NCBI GenBank assembly: GCA_020631075.1
Contig: JAHDHX010000006.1
Location: forward strand, 42,243 to 106,242
Source of the DNA: Candidatus Altimarinota bacterium
GTDB taxonomy: Bacteria > Patescibacteriota > Gracilibacteria > UBA4473
DNA length: 64,000 bases
Direction of reading: 5' to 3'
Shown: positions 18,627 to 28,429 of the stretch, one piece after another
Layout: each line of letters opens with the position of its first letter
Numbering within the stretch: the stretch's first letter is position 1
Translations under genes and position numbers: made by a program
Notes under the pieces: model-generated
Told to the model about the DNA's origin: nothing
The model's database searches: none
Seen by the model: only the letters and a program-made list of their open reading frames with translations

Positions 18627-19907
18627 ATGAGTCACTATGTCATCCGCGGCGGCCAACCACTCAACGGCACCCTGCGCATCAGCGGTGAGAAAAACAGCGT
18701 CCTCCCCCTGCTCGCCTGCGCCACCCTCACCTCCGAGCCCTGCACCCTCTCCGACGTGCCTGAGATCAGCGACGTCGAGCGCTTCGTCGAAGCTCTCCGC
18801 GAAATGGGCGCCACCATCGACTGGGACAAACCACAAAAAACCCTCACCCTCGACTGCGCCGCCCTCGACCCTACTCGGGTCGAGTCATGCACCTACCTCG
18901 GCACCACCCGCGCCAATATCATCCTCGCAGGCGCCCTTCTCGGCCGCTTTGGTGAGGTCCGCATGGTTATGCCGGGGGGCGATGCTATCGGGCACCGCCC
19001 ACTGGCCATGCACTTGGAAGGACTAGCCCACTTCGGCGTGCAAATCCTCCAAGCCGACACCCACCTCCACCTTCGGTACGACCCCACCCAGCCACCGCAG
19101 CCCCACCCGATGATCCTCTCCGAGGCCAGCGTCACCGGCACCGAAACCCTCCTCGCCTTCCTCGCCACCGTCCCCCACCCCAGCACCTTGTGCTTTGCCG
19201 CGGCCGACCCACAGGTACAGGCCACCTGCCAGATGCTGCAGTCCATGGGCGTCAAAGTTTCTGGCGTCGGCACCCACCACCTGCAGCTGACAGGAGCGAA
19301 GACCTTGCGTGGCACCCAGCAGCAGGTTTCCCCAGACGTCACAGTCACAGGCACCTACGCCATCGCCGCCGCCCTGACAGGGGGCACCGTTACCCTGACC
19401 AATGTCCACCACCCCCACCTCTACAGTTTTTATGGCTACCTCCGTCGCCTCGGGGTCAACTTCACCATCGACCACCAGCACCGCGCCCTGCACATCGCCC
19501 CCCCGCACGACCTGCAGGCCATCCGCACCATTAAGCCCAACATCTTCCCAGGCCTCTGCCCCGACCTCATGGCTCCGCTCAGCGTGCTGCTCACCCAGTG
19601 TCACGGCACTACTCAGCTCTTCGAGTGGATGTATGAAGACCGCCTCGGCCACCTCTGGGAACTCAAAAAAATGGGCGCTCAAGTCAAAATCTTGAACCTC
19701 CACCAAGCCGAAATCACAGGCCCCACCCCCCTCCGCGGTGCCAACGTACAAAGCTGGGACCTCCGCGCTGGGGCCGCCATGGTGCTCGCGGGGTTGATCG
19801 CCGAGGGGCAGACCACCGTCAGCGACATCTACTGGATCGACCGCGGCTACGAGCACCTCGCCACCAACCTCCAGTCACTCGGGGCAGACATCACCCGCGT
19901 CGAGTGA
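18627..19907 (+). CDS. murA: UDP-N-acetylglucosamine 1-carboxyvinyltransferase
   Basis: 426 aa, with IRGGQPLNGTLRISGEKNSVLPLLACA. The active-site loop reads MPGGDAIGHRP, so Asp replaces the fosfomycin-target Cys. Confidence 0.9.
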   Translation: MSHYVIRGGQPLNGTLRISGEKNSVLPLLACATLTSEPCTLSDVPEISDVERFVEALREMGATIDWDKPQKTLTLDCAALDPTRVESCTYLGTTRANIILAGALLGRFGEVRMVMPGGDAIGHRPLAMHLEGLAHFGVQILQADTHLHLRYDPTQPPQPHPMILSEASVTGTETLLAFLATVPHPSTLCFAAADPQVQATCQMLQSMGVKVSGVGTHHLQLTGAKTLRGTQQQVSPDVTVTGTYAIAAALTGGTVTLTNVHHPHLYSFYGYLRRLGVNFTIDHQHRALHIAPPHDLQAIRTIKPNIFPGLCPDLMAPLSVLLTQCHGTTQLFEWMYEDRLGHLWELKKMGAQVKILNLHQAEITGPTPLRGANVQSWDLRAGAAMVLAGLIAEGQTTVSDIYWIDRGYEHLATNLQSLGADITRVE

Positions 19908-19928
19908 TTCCACTGATAACAGTCAGCA

Positions 19929-21263
19929 TTAAAACGGCACACTCGTCAGCAGCGTCTGCACGAAGTTAACGATCACCCACGCCAGGAACGTCACCGCCAA
20001 CCCAGTCAGCGCATACTGCACAGTTTTTTTGGCGCTGTCACGGTCTTCGGTCACCCCACTCACCATCATTTGGTACCCCCCATAGATCAGCATCACCACC
20101 GCGATCGTTCCCGCTATTCGCGTCACGAGGTCAATCAGCTCTATGATCACCAGCGGTATGTCACTCAGCTTCAACCGCCCATTCTGCATCCGCCACGCCA
20201 GGTTGCGCACGGGCGTCACCCGCTTCATTGATATAGCCACCTTCCGCGTCCCTGGTGCCACACTTTCCCCCGTCGTCGCGCCCTCATCAGCCGTAGCCTC
20301 GTCTTCTGCCACAGGCTCACCATACTCACGGTCACCCACAGGCGTGTTTAAGTCCCCCAGCTCCACCCCCTCCTCCGTCACCAGCCCCGCCGTTTCGTCA
20401 TATATCAGCACATTACGCTCCGTCGTCACCCCCGTCGGCACCACCGTCACACTGGGTATCACCCCATCCACCCCAAATTCATCCACTCGCTGCTCTCCCT
20501 GCCCCACGACATACGGCTGCTCCTCTGTCAGGTTTCGTAACCCCTTCAGCAATTGCTCCGCCGTCGCATCCGCATTCGGCGGCAACAGCGGGCACTCACC
20601 TGTTGTGTGTGGCACCGCCTTTTCTAAAGCCTCACAATAACATTTATACTCCCCATCCATCATGACCTCAAACGCATTTTCAGGACACAGCGGAAATAAA
20701 TCCACTGTCAACACTTGCGTTTCCCGACACGCTATCCCTTCACAGTCCACCATCCACATTTCCACCTCAATGTCATAAAACCCAGGCTCGGCTGGTTCAC
20801 TCAGTGATTCTACCACCGAAACCCCAGCAAACTCTCCCACAAAAAATGACCCCTCTTTCTCTGCTAATAACTTCCGATCCACTACTTCATATCCCCCCGT
20901 CACTCCCTGACTTTCTCCCTGCTCTAGTTCATAGAAATCTAACGAATAAAAAAATTCAGCTGAGTCACTTTCAAGCATCACATTGGTAACATTCATCTGC
21001 AGTTCAATCTCCGCAAAAGCCTTAAACTCTTGTCGTGTAGGCCCATCGATCTCAAAATCATACGGAACGGTTAGCCCCGCCAGTCCTGCCTGGCCCAAGT
21101 TTTCCGCTATTTCTTCATATTGCGCCTCTTCCCAGTCTGGTTCATCCCCCTCCGCAAAAGGCCCCATCCCAGTATTTTCCTGCGCCCACACCCCACCGAC
21201 GCTCAGCATCAGTCCCAGCCCCAGCAACCACAGTTGTCGCATCATCTGGGTATTATACCACAC
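19929..21263 (-). CDS. secreted protein with C-terminal TrbC/VirB2-type (T4SS-pilin-like) two-helix membrane domain
   Basis: Signal peptide MRQLWLLGLGLMLSVGGVWA. The C-terminus IAGTIAVVMLIYGGYQMMVSGVTEDRDSAKKTVQYALTGLAVTFLAWVIVNFV matches the pilin-like pattern common in CPR proteins. Confidence 0.6.
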   Translation of the reverse strand: MWYNTQMMRQLWLLGLGLMLSVGGVWAQENTGMGPFAEGDEPDWEEAQYEEIAENLGQAGLAGLTVPYDFEIDGPTRQEFKAFAEIELQMNVTNVMLESDSAEFFYSLDFYELEQGESQGVTGGYEVVDRKLLAEKEGSFFVGEFAGVSVVESLSEPAEPGFYDIEVEMWMVDCEGIACRETQVLTVDLFPLCPENAFEVMMDGEYKCYCEALEKAVPHTTGECPLLPPNADATAEQLLKGLRNLTEEQPYVVGQGEQRVDEFGVDGVIPSVTVVPTGVTTERNVLIYDETAGLVTEEGVELGDLNTPVGDREYGEPVAEDEATADEGATTGESVAPGTRKVAISMKRVTPVRNLAWRMQNGRLKLSDIPLVIIELIDLVTRIAGTIAVVMLIYGGYQMMVSGVTEDRDSAKKTVQYALTGLAVTFLAWVIVNFVQTLLTSVPF

Positions 21264-21343
21264 CCAACCCAGCTCTGCCTCCCCCAGACAGAGCTTTTTT
21301 CATGAAACATTCCCCCTCTTACCCTACTCCCACTCAGCCGCGC

Positions 21344-22345
21344 CTATCCCATCATTTTCATAGCCATGTCGACCATTCGGCAGCTGTACCCCCACTCATT
21401 GTCATACCACGCCAGCACTTTCACCATGTCGTCGATCAGCATAGTTTTGTCTGGCACCACCACGGTGCTGCGCGCTTCGCCTTTATAGTCACTACTCACC
21501 AGCGGCGCCGTCTCTATCCCCATTATTTCAGGCCGCTGCACACTGAAGTCCGCAAATGCTTGGTTGACCGTCTCCACGGTCACAGGCTGCTTCAGCTTCA
21601 CCGTCAAGTCGACCAAGCTGACCGTCGGCGTCGGCACTCGGACAGAGATCCCATTAAGTTTTCCCGCCAGCTGGGGCAACACTTTGCCCACCGCCGCCGC
21701 TGCCCCCGTCGTGGTAGGGATCATGTTCAACCCCGCCGCTCTGGCCCGACGGAAGTCCTTGTGCCCCACATCGAGGATCCTCTGGTCATTGGTGTACGAA
21801 TGGATCGTCGTCATCAGCCCCCGCTCTATGCCGAAGTTTTCATCCAGCACTTTAGCCACAGGCGCCAGGCAGTTCGTCGTGCACGACGCGTTGGACACAA
21901 AAGTCTCTTCCCCCGTCAGCACCTCTTCATTCACCCCCATCACCACCGTGGTGAAGCCCTCACTCTTCGGTGGCGCCGACAACAGCACTTTCTTCGCCCC
22001 CATGTCGATGTGCTGCTGACAGCCCTCGATCGTTCGAAACGCCCCCGTACATTCCAGGACAATATCCACCCCGATTTCTCCCCACGTCAGTTCACTAATG
22101 TTTCTCGTGCGGAAGTTCCGAATCTTGTGGTCACCCAACTGGAAGTATTTCCCATCTTCGAGGATCTTCGCCTCCGCAGGGAAGGTGCCAAAGTTACTAT
22201 CATACTTAAACAGATGAATTTTCAGATCATCCTCTGACGGGTCATTGACCGCCACCAGTTCGCAATCATCCCGACTCATAAGGATCCGCGCCACACAGCG
22301 ACCGATCCGACCGAAACCATTAATGGCAATCCGTGTTTTTGACAT
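21344..22345 (-). CDS. gap: type I glyceraldehyde-3-phosphate dehydrogenase
   Basis: INGFGRIGR NAD-binding motif. Active site SNASCTTNCLAP. Confidence 0.95.
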   Translation of the reverse strand: MSKTRIAINGFGRIGRCVARILMSRDDCELVAVNDPSEDDLKIHLFKYDSNFGTFPAEAKILEDGKYFQLGDHKIRNFRTRNISELTWGEIGVDIVLECTGAFRTIEGCQQHIDMGAKKVLLSAPPKSEGFTTVVMGVNEEVLTGEETFVSNASCTTNCLAPVAKVLDENFGIERGLMTTIHSYTNDQRILDVGHKDFRRARAAGLNMIPTTTGAAAAVGKVLPQLAGKLNGISVRVPTPTVSLVDLTVKLKQPVTVETVNQAFADFSVQRPEIMGIETAPLVSSDYKGEARSTVVVPDKTMLIDDMVKVLAWYDNEWGYSCRMVDMAMKMMG

Positions 22346-22380
22346 ATGAAATATTTGGAGAAGAAAGTTGTTTCTCGCGT

Positions 22381-22386
22381 ATTATA
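22381..22386 (-). promoter_or_regulatory. -10-like TATAAT upstream of gap
   Basis: The - strand reads GGTATAAT about 35 nt upstream of the gap ATG, in the 47-nt lgt-gap spacer. Confidence 0.3.
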
Positions 22387-22392
22387 CCCCGA

Positions 22393-23196
22393 TCAGCCCT
22401 CCGCGACGATTTTTTTTGGGCCCAGATACACCCACCCCAGAACCCCCAGCCCCAGCCCCGCCGTCACCACGCTCAAAACCAACCCCACCGGCACCCCACC
22501 CACCAGCTGCGTCGGTGCCCGAAACCACACCTGCAACACCGTTCGCATCACCCCATACCCGAGCAGGAAAACCCCCGTCAGCCGCCCCCAGCGCCAGTGG
22601 CCCCTTTTCTGCCAGACATACGTCCCCCACCCCAGACACAGCAACACCAAGTTTTTCCCCACCGCATACAACTGCGCAGGGTGGCGGGGCACCTCATCCA
22701 CGTGCGGGAAGATCACCCCCCAGTCCCCCGCCGTCGGCATCCCCCACAGCTCACCATTTATGTAGTTCGCCCCCCGCCCCAGCATCATCGTCAGGGGGAG
22801 CAGCACCGCCGCCGCGTCCGTGTACCGCCACCACCCCAGTCCCCGCCGCCGCGCGTGCCAGAGCATATACAGGAGTCCTCCCAGCAAACCCCCATGGATG
22901 GACATCCCCCCCTCCCATATCCGAAACACCGCCCCCCAGTCATGCGCCCATACATCCGCCCGATACAACAGCATCTCCCCCACTCGTCCTCCTACTACCC
23001 CCCACAAAAACACCCCCAAGATCAAATCCTCCACCTCTTTAGGTGTCAGTCCCCCACCCCAGAAGTCTCGCGCCACTCGCCGCCCCAGCCCCACCGCCAG
23101 CAGCGCCCCCACTCCATACGCTAAACCATACCAGTGCACAGGCCAGCCCCCGATCATGAAGGCCACTGGTTCCAAATCCCACACATATATCATCAC
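22393..23196 (-). CDS. lgt: prolipoprotein diacylglyceryl transferase
   Basis: Motifs HWYGLAY, GGRVGEMLLY, IWEGGMSIHGGLLGG and GRGANYINGELWG. Confidence 0.9.
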   Translation of the reverse strand: MMIYVWDLEPVAFMIGGWPVHWYGLAYGVGALLAVGLGRRVARDFWGGGLTPKEVEDLILGVFLWGVVGGRVGEMLLYRADVWAHDWGAVFRIWEGGMSIHGGLLGGLLYMLWHARRRGLGWWRYTDAAAVLLPLTMMLGRGANYINGELWGMPTAGDWGVIFPHVDEVPRHPAQLYAVGKNLVLLCLGWGTYVWQKRGHWRWGRLTGVFLLGYGVMRTVLQVWFRAPTQLVGGVPVGLVLSVVTAGLGLGVLGWVYLGPKKIVAEG

Positions 23197-23261
23197 CCCC
23201 CAGCCTATCGCTTCACGCCTCGTCGATCAATTCATCTAGATTTTCTGCCACAATTTCATAA

Positions 23262-23446
23262 GGAAACACTGATAAATTTCGCTAATCATAAAAAGAGAGA
23301 TTTGGGGATGATTTTTTACGACAGGTTCTCACGGGGTCACTCGACCCCGTGACGGTTCTGGAGTGAAAAAGCACCCCAAAGATACTTTTTTGATGGCGAC
23401 TCTTTCTCAATTGTTTTCACGTCCTTTTGAATTTATCAGTGTTTCC
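23262..23446 (+). mobile_element. MITE-like imperfect-palindrome element, copy 2
   Basis: Same TIRs (GGAAACACTGATA / TATCAGTGTTTCC). Central hairpin TCACGGGGTC-actc-GACCCCGTGA. Flanked by TAA on both sides. Its last base is part of the TAG stop of the LemA-like gene. Confidence 0.75.
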
Positions 23447-24279
23447 TAATGATCATCAGGGTCAGGGTCGAGCTTATTCGGGTCAAACGAATCCTTTGCT
23501 ATCTCTCCCTCCACCTCGTCGGCTGTTTCCGCCGCTATCGCAGGACTCCCCGCGTCCTCATCATCACCCAGCATTGTGACTTCCTCCTCCAGCGCAAACA
23601 ACTCAAACGGCTTAAAGCCCCACAAACGGAAGAAGAATCGCCCCGCCACACTCTCGATTATTTGCTCGTTCCAGCTCCGCGCCTCGTGGTTATACACCTT
23701 TTGCAGCTCCACCAGCTTCCGATCGATAAACTCAAAATCCTCCACCAGCTTCTGCCACTCCGACCCTTCAGTTATCCGCCCTTCTCGCTCCAAAGCGTGG
23801 AAAAAACTATAAATAATTTCAGACAGTCGTGATTCCGCCTCCAGTCGTCGCTCTGGCGAACGCTTGAGCGAGATATGCCGACACTCTTCCCGTATCGCTA
23901 ATATTTCTTCCAGCTGCACAGGCGGCAGGAGGTCTTCCCGCTTGGCATACGTGTAAAGCAACGGCACCATCATCTGCCGCTTGGACAAGAAAAACAGCGT
24001 AAACAACCACAACTTTTGGATTTCTCGCAGTCGCGTCCGCACCCGCCGCAACAGCACCGACAGGAGTATCCACAGCACCACCAGCCCCAGCCACAGTGGC
24101 GCATACGCCCGCAGGCCCTCCCCCACCCCCGTCACCAGCCCCTCAAAGGTTGCCACCGCTGGGTTTTCCAGCACCCCACTCCACCACGTTTGCACCCCCT
24201 CCCAGCGCGCACCCAGCCACTGCTGCACTTGTTGGTGCAGCGGCAGCTCAGGCGCGACATATCCAGAAGGTTTTGGCAT
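23446..24279 (-). CDS. LemA-like membrane protein (weak call) with acidic C-terminal tail
   Basis: One TM helix. KREDLLPPV and KLVELQKVYNHEARSWNEQI...GFKPFELF resemble LemA motifs (RR.DLIPNLV; YN..V..YN..I...GF). Confidence 0.45.
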   Translation of the reverse strand: MPKPSGYVAPELPLHQQVQQWLGARWEGVQTWWSGVLENPAVATFEGLVTGVGEGLRAYAPLWLGLVVLWILLSVLLRRVRTRLREIQKLWLFTLFFLSKRQMMVPLLYTYAKREDLLPPVQLEEILAIREECRHISLKRSPERRLEAESRLSEIIYSFFHALEREGRITEGSEWQKLVEDFEFIDRKLVELQKVYNHEARSWNEQIIESVAGRFFFRLWGFKPFELFALEEEVTMLGDDEDAGSPAIAAETADEVEGEIAKDSFDPNKLDPDPDDH

Positions 24280-24295
24280 AGATTACATCACAAAA

Positions 24296-24571
24296 TTACA
24301 GTTCCCCTTGTTGCCCCAACATATACCCCAGCAAGCTCTCGGTCTGCCCTCGGCCAAACCGTTGCACATACTGCCCGACGGCTTGGCGCAGCACCCGTCG
24401 GCGACGGCCCGCTGGGCGCGTGTGCGCCACGGCTGGTGCCCCTCCCCCCAGATCAAAACCAAACACCACATCAGTCATCCCCCACAGTCTAGCAGCTCCC
24501 CCACCACTCGACCAGCCCCCACGTTGTGGGTGGCTTTTCTTTTCGGTCACTGGTTGGTGCGTCAGTTCCAT
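24296..24571 (-). CDS. possible small hypothetical protein (91 aa)
   Basis: The ORF has G-dominated third positions, like real - strand genes. It sits 17 nt upstream of the LemA-like gene. No homology recognised. Confidence 0.3.
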   Translation of the reverse strand: MELTHQPVTEKKSHPQRGGWSSGGGAARLWGMTDVVFGFDLGGGAPAVAHTRPAGRRRRVLRQAVGQYVQRFGRGQTESLLGYMLGQQGEL

Positions 24572-24664
24572 CTGTCTATTATACCCCCTAAAAAATAAAA
24601 AATACAGTTTTCATCCCTCCACTCACCCCCTACACTCGCGCCGAAGTTCTCCCCCTCCTCTCGC

Positions 24665-27616
24665 ATGGCCCTTCCTGCCCACGTCTTTCAGGTCATCCCG
24701 ACTGTCCCTGCTGCCCAAGCCTCCCCCCTCACCGCCCAGCTGCAAGCCCAGGGCTTCCCCGTCTCACAGGTCACCGTGGCTCGGCACTACACCGTCGTGG
24801 CCGACCTCGGGCCCGACCAGCGCAGAGCCCTCAGCCAGCAGCTCACCCACAGCGTCACCGAAACCTGCCTCATCTCCCAGCCGCTCACGTCCCAGCTCGC
24901 CTTTGACTGGGTCATAGAAGTCGGCTTCCTCCCAGGCGTCACCGACAACGTCGCCCACACCGTCACCGAAGGCCTCCAGCGGCTCATCGACCCCACGTCC
25001 GAGCACGCCGTCTACAGCTCCACCGCCTACTACCTGCAAGGCGACCTCACCCCCGAGCAGATAGACACTATAGCTGCCCAGTGGTTCAACCCCCTCATCC
25101 AAAGGGCACAGGTCCGCAACCGCGCTGATTATGACACCCAAGGCGGACTGCCCGTCGTCATCCCACAAGTGCAGCTCCCCCCCGATCGGCCCGCCGTTGT
25201 CACCGTCGACCTCGAAGTCCCCGACTCCGAGCTCCAGACTCTCGGCAAGCAAGGCATCCTCGACCCCGCTGGCCACCGCCGCGGCCCCCTCGCACTCAGC
25301 CTCACCCAGCTCCACGCCATCCGCGACTACTTCCGCACCCAGGGCCGCCCCCCCACCGACATCGAGCTCGAATCCATCGCCCAAACCTGGTCCGAGCACT
25401 GCCAGCACGCCATCTTCGGCTCCCCCCTTGACGACATCGAGGAAGGCATCTTTAAGCGATACATCGTCCGCGCCACCACCGAGGTCCGCACCGCCAAAGG
25501 CGACGACGACTTTTGTGTGAGTGTTTTTTCTGACAACGCTGGCGGGATCAAATTTGACGACACCCACGTCGTCACTGACAAATGCGAAACCCATAATTCC
25601 CCCTCCGCGCTCGACCCTTTCGGGGGCGCCATCACGGGCATCGTCGGGGTCAACCGCGACTGTCTGGGCTACGGCCTCGGCGCCCAGCCCATCGCCAACC
25701 GCTACGGCTTCTGCGTCGGCCACCCCGGCGACACCCGCCCCCTCTACCGCGACGCCGCCCGCACCACCCCCGCCTTGAGTCCCAAAACCATCCTGCAAGG
25801 GGTCGTCGCTGGGGTCAACGCAGGCGGGAATGAGTCAGGCATCCCCACCACACAGGGGTTTGTTTATGCCCATGAAGGCTACCGCGGCAAACCACTCGTC
25901 TTCGCGGGGACGATCGGCCTCATCCCGCTGGAGCAAGACGGCATCAATCTCAATTTCAAAGCCGCCCAACCAGGTGACCGCATCATTATGGCAGGGGGCA
26001 AGGTTGGCCTCGACGGCATCCACGGCGCCACGTTCAGCTCCGAAGCCCTCGACACTGGCTCCCCCTCCACCGCCGTGCAGATCGGCGACCCCATCACCCA
26101 AAAAAAGCTCTCCGACACCATCATCTACGACCTCCGACCCCGCGGCCTCTACAGTTCCATCACTGACAACGGTGCTGGCGGGCTCAGCTGCTCCGTGGCC
26201 GAGATGGCCCGCGAATGCGGCGGCTGCCTCGTCGACATCGAAAAAATCCCTACCAAATACCCCCACCTACGCCCGTGGGAAATCTGGATCAGCGAAAGCC
26301 AAGAACGCATGACCTTCGCTGTCCCCCCACAGAATGTAGCCGAAATGCAAGCCCTCTGCGCTGCGCGCGGGGTGGAAATGTGGGACATTGGCGAATTCAC
26401 CGCCGATCCCCAGTGCATCGTCCGCCACCACGGCGAAGTCATCTACCAGCTTGACATGCACTTCCTGCACAAAGGTAACCCTCCGCTCCAGCAGCAATCC
26501 AACCCCTGGGTGCGCCCCACCCCGCAGACTGTCCCCGAACCCGACAACCTCCACGACACCCTGCTCTCTTGCCTCGCTCACCCTTCGGTGGGCTCCACCC
26601 AGTGGGTCAGTGAGCAATACGACCACATCGTCGGCGGCCGCACGGTCATCGGCCCCCTGCAAGGCCCAGGCCGAGTCAACGGCACTGCCTCCGTCCTCAA
26701 ACCCAAATACGACTCCGACCGCGGCATCGTGCTTTCACAGGGGCTCAACCCCAGCTACAGCGACCTCGACCCCTACGCCGCCGCCCTCGCCTCGCTTGAC
26801 GACGCCGTCGCCGCCGCCGTCGCCACCGGGGCCAATGTCGACCACATGGCTTTAATGGACAACTTCTGCTGGTGCTCCTCCACGGATTCTCAGCGCTTGC
26901 ACCAGCTGCACGACGCCGCCCGCGCCTGCTACGACCTCGCCGTGGCCTACGGCTGCCCCTACATCTCGGGCAAGGACTCAATGTTTAATGACTTCCGCGG
27001 CTACGACGCCGACGGGCAAGAAACCCTCATCTCTATTCCCCCCACCCTGCTCGGGTCGACCCTCAGCGTCATCGATTCCATCCACCACGTCCAGACGCTC
27101 GACTTCAAACCCCACCCAGACTCCACCCCAGACACGCTTTTCTTGCTCGGCACCACCCACGCCGAGCTCGCTGGCTCCCTCTACGCCCAGCTCACTGGTG
27201 TCACGGGCACCACCGTCCCACAGACCCACCTCTCCACCGCCCTCGCGCGCTACCGCGCCGTGCACCGCGCGCACCAGCAGGGCCTCCTGCGGTCCATCAT
27301 CCATCTTGACCGTGGCGGCCTGGGCGTGGCGCTGTCCCGCTCGGCCATCGCTGGGCAGATCGGCGCACAGGTCGACCTCGCGGCTCTGGCCGCTACGACA
27401 GGGCTGACACTGGCGCAGCTCCTTCTCAGCGAATCCCAGTCCCGCTTCCTCGTCAGTGTCGCCCCTGACCAGCAGTCTGACTTCCAGTCACTCTTCCCGC
27501 AGGCCATCGCCGTCGGCCAGACCACCACTGACCACACATTGACCATCAACGACCAGCAGTGGTCTCTCGCCGACCTCACCACCGCCTACCGCTCCGCCTT
27601 CAGCCCCCTTGCCTAA
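24665..27616 (+). CDS. purL: phosphoribosylformylglycinamidine synthase subunit PurL with ~230-aa N-terminal (PurS-like?) extension
   Basis: KCETHNSPSALDPFGGAITGIVGVNRD (the ETHNHPS motif) and duplicated PurM-like modules. 983 aa, versus the roughly 730-aa size I recall for small PurL. Confidence 0.9.
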   Translation: MALPAHVFQVIPTVPAAQASPLTAQLQAQGFPVSQVTVARHYTVVADLGPDQRRALSQQLTHSVTETCLISQPLTSQLAFDWVIEVGFLPGVTDNVAHTVTEGLQRLIDPTSEHAVYSSTAYYLQGDLTPEQIDTIAAQWFNPLIQRAQVRNRADYDTQGGLPVVIPQVQLPPDRPAVVTVDLEVPDSELQTLGKQGILDPAGHRRGPLALSLTQLHAIRDYFRTQGRPPTDIELESIAQTWSEHCQHAIFGSPLDDIEEGIFKRYIVRATTEVRTAKGDDDFCVSVFSDNAGGIKFDDTHVVTDKCETHNSPSALDPFGGAITGIVGVNRDCLGYGLGAQPIANRYGFCVGHPGDTRPLYRDAARTTPALSPKTILQGVVAGVNAGGNESGIPTTQGFVYAHEGYRGKPLVFAGTIGLIPLEQDGINLNFKAAQPGDRIIMAGGKVGLDGIHGATFSSEALDTGSPSTAVQIGDPITQKKLSDTIIYDLRPRGLYSSITDNGAGGLSCSVAEMARECGGCLVDIEKIPTKYPHLRPWEIWISESQERMTFAVPPQNVAEMQALCAARGVEMWDIGEFTADPQCIVRHHGEVIYQLDMHFLHKGNPPLQQQSNPWVRPTPQTVPEPDNLHDTLLSCLAHPSVGSTQWVSEQYDHIVGGRTVIGPLQGPGRVNGTASVLKPKYDSDRGIVLSQGLNPSYSDLDPYAAALASLDDAVAAAVATGANVDHMALMDNFCWCSSTDSQRLHQLHDAARACYDLAVAYGCPYISGKDSMFNDFRGYDADGQETLISIPPTLLGSTLSVIDSIHHVQTLDFKPHPDSTPDTLFLLGTTHAELAGSLYAQLTGVTGTTVPQTHLSTALARYRAVHRAHQQGLLRSIIHLDRGGLGVALSRSAIAGQIGAQVDLAALAATTGLTLAQLLLSESQSRFLVSVAPDQQSDFQSLFPQAIAVGQTTTDHTLTINDQQWSLADLTTAYRSAFSPLA

Positions 27617-28418
27617 GATGCCCACCCCACACGCCCTCATCATCACTGGTTACGGGTTCAACTGCGACCCAGAGACCCTCCACGCCTACCAGCTCGCTGG
27701 TGCCACCGCCCAGCGTCTCCACCTCAACCAGCTCATCACCCACCCCGAAGTCCTCGACACCGCCCAGATCCTCACCTTTCAGGGCGGCTTCAGCTACGGC
27801 GACGACACGGGCTCTGGCCGCGGCGTGGCCAACCGCCTCCGCCAGATCATCCCCCACCTCGACCAGTTTTTCCAGCGCGACACCCTCACTCTTGGTGTCT
27901 GCAACGGCTTCCAGGTCTTGACAAACCTCGGCGTACTGCCCGCCACCACCACCGACCACCGCTTCACCCCACAGGGCGCCCTCCTGCGTAACCAGTCCCA
28001 CACCTACCAGTGCCAGTGGGTGCACCTACGCTCAGCGCCCGACTCCCCCTGCGTCTGGACGCAAAACCTCGGCGTTTGGTCCACCGGCATCGCCCACGGC
28101 GAAGGCCAGTGGTACTGCCCCGACGACGTCCTTCACACGCTCCAGTCACAGGGCCAGATCGCCCTGCAATACTGCAACGCTGACGGTGAAGTCTCCCCCC
28201 AGACCAACCCCAACGGTTCCCGCCAGTCGATAGCAGGCATCTGCGACCCCACAGGGCGCATCTTCGGGCTCATGCCCCACCCAGAACGCCACCTCCACTT
28301 CACCAACCACCCCCAGCACACCGCCCGTCGGCTCGCGCTGCAGGCCACCGGCCAACCCGTCCCCACCTTCGGGGAAGGCCGCGGCATCTTTGACAACGCC
28401 GTCCGCTACTTTTCTTAA
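27609..28418 (+). CDS. purQ: phosphoribosylformylglycinamidine synthase glutaminase subunit
   Basis: Nucleophile motif GVCNGFQVL and the MPHPER motif. 8-nt overlap with purL. Confidence 0.9.
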   Translation: MPKMPTPHALIITGYGFNCDPETLHAYQLAGATAQRLHLNQLITHPEVLDTAQILTFQGGFSYGDDTGSGRGVANRLRQIIPHLDQFFQRDTLTLGVCNGFQVLTNLGVLPATTTDHRFTPQGALLRNQSHTYQCQWVHLRSAPDSPCVWTQNLGVWSTGIAHGEGQWYCPDDVLHTLQSQGQIALQYCNADGEVSPQTNPNGSRQSIAGICDPTGRIFGLMPHPERHLHFTNHPQHTARRLALQATGQPVPTFGEGRGIFDNAVRYFS

Positions 28419-28429
28419 ATTCACGCCCC

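Noticed and set aside
19023-19856. 277-aa - strand ORF antisense to murA. Similar cases are 21302..22237 (antisense to gap), 22333..23124 (lgt), 24764..25798 (purL), 28421..29077 (purM), 29618..30457 and 53680..54810 (giant gene).
   Set aside because: All lie opposite strongly conserved CDSs. They have Gly/Val/Asp or Pro/His/Arg-rich repetitive translations and no recognisable motifs. They are composition artefacts.
24572-24664. Purine riboswitch upstream of purL.
   Set aside because: I could not find the conserved purine-riboswitch junction motifs or a convincing three-way junction in the 93-nt leader.
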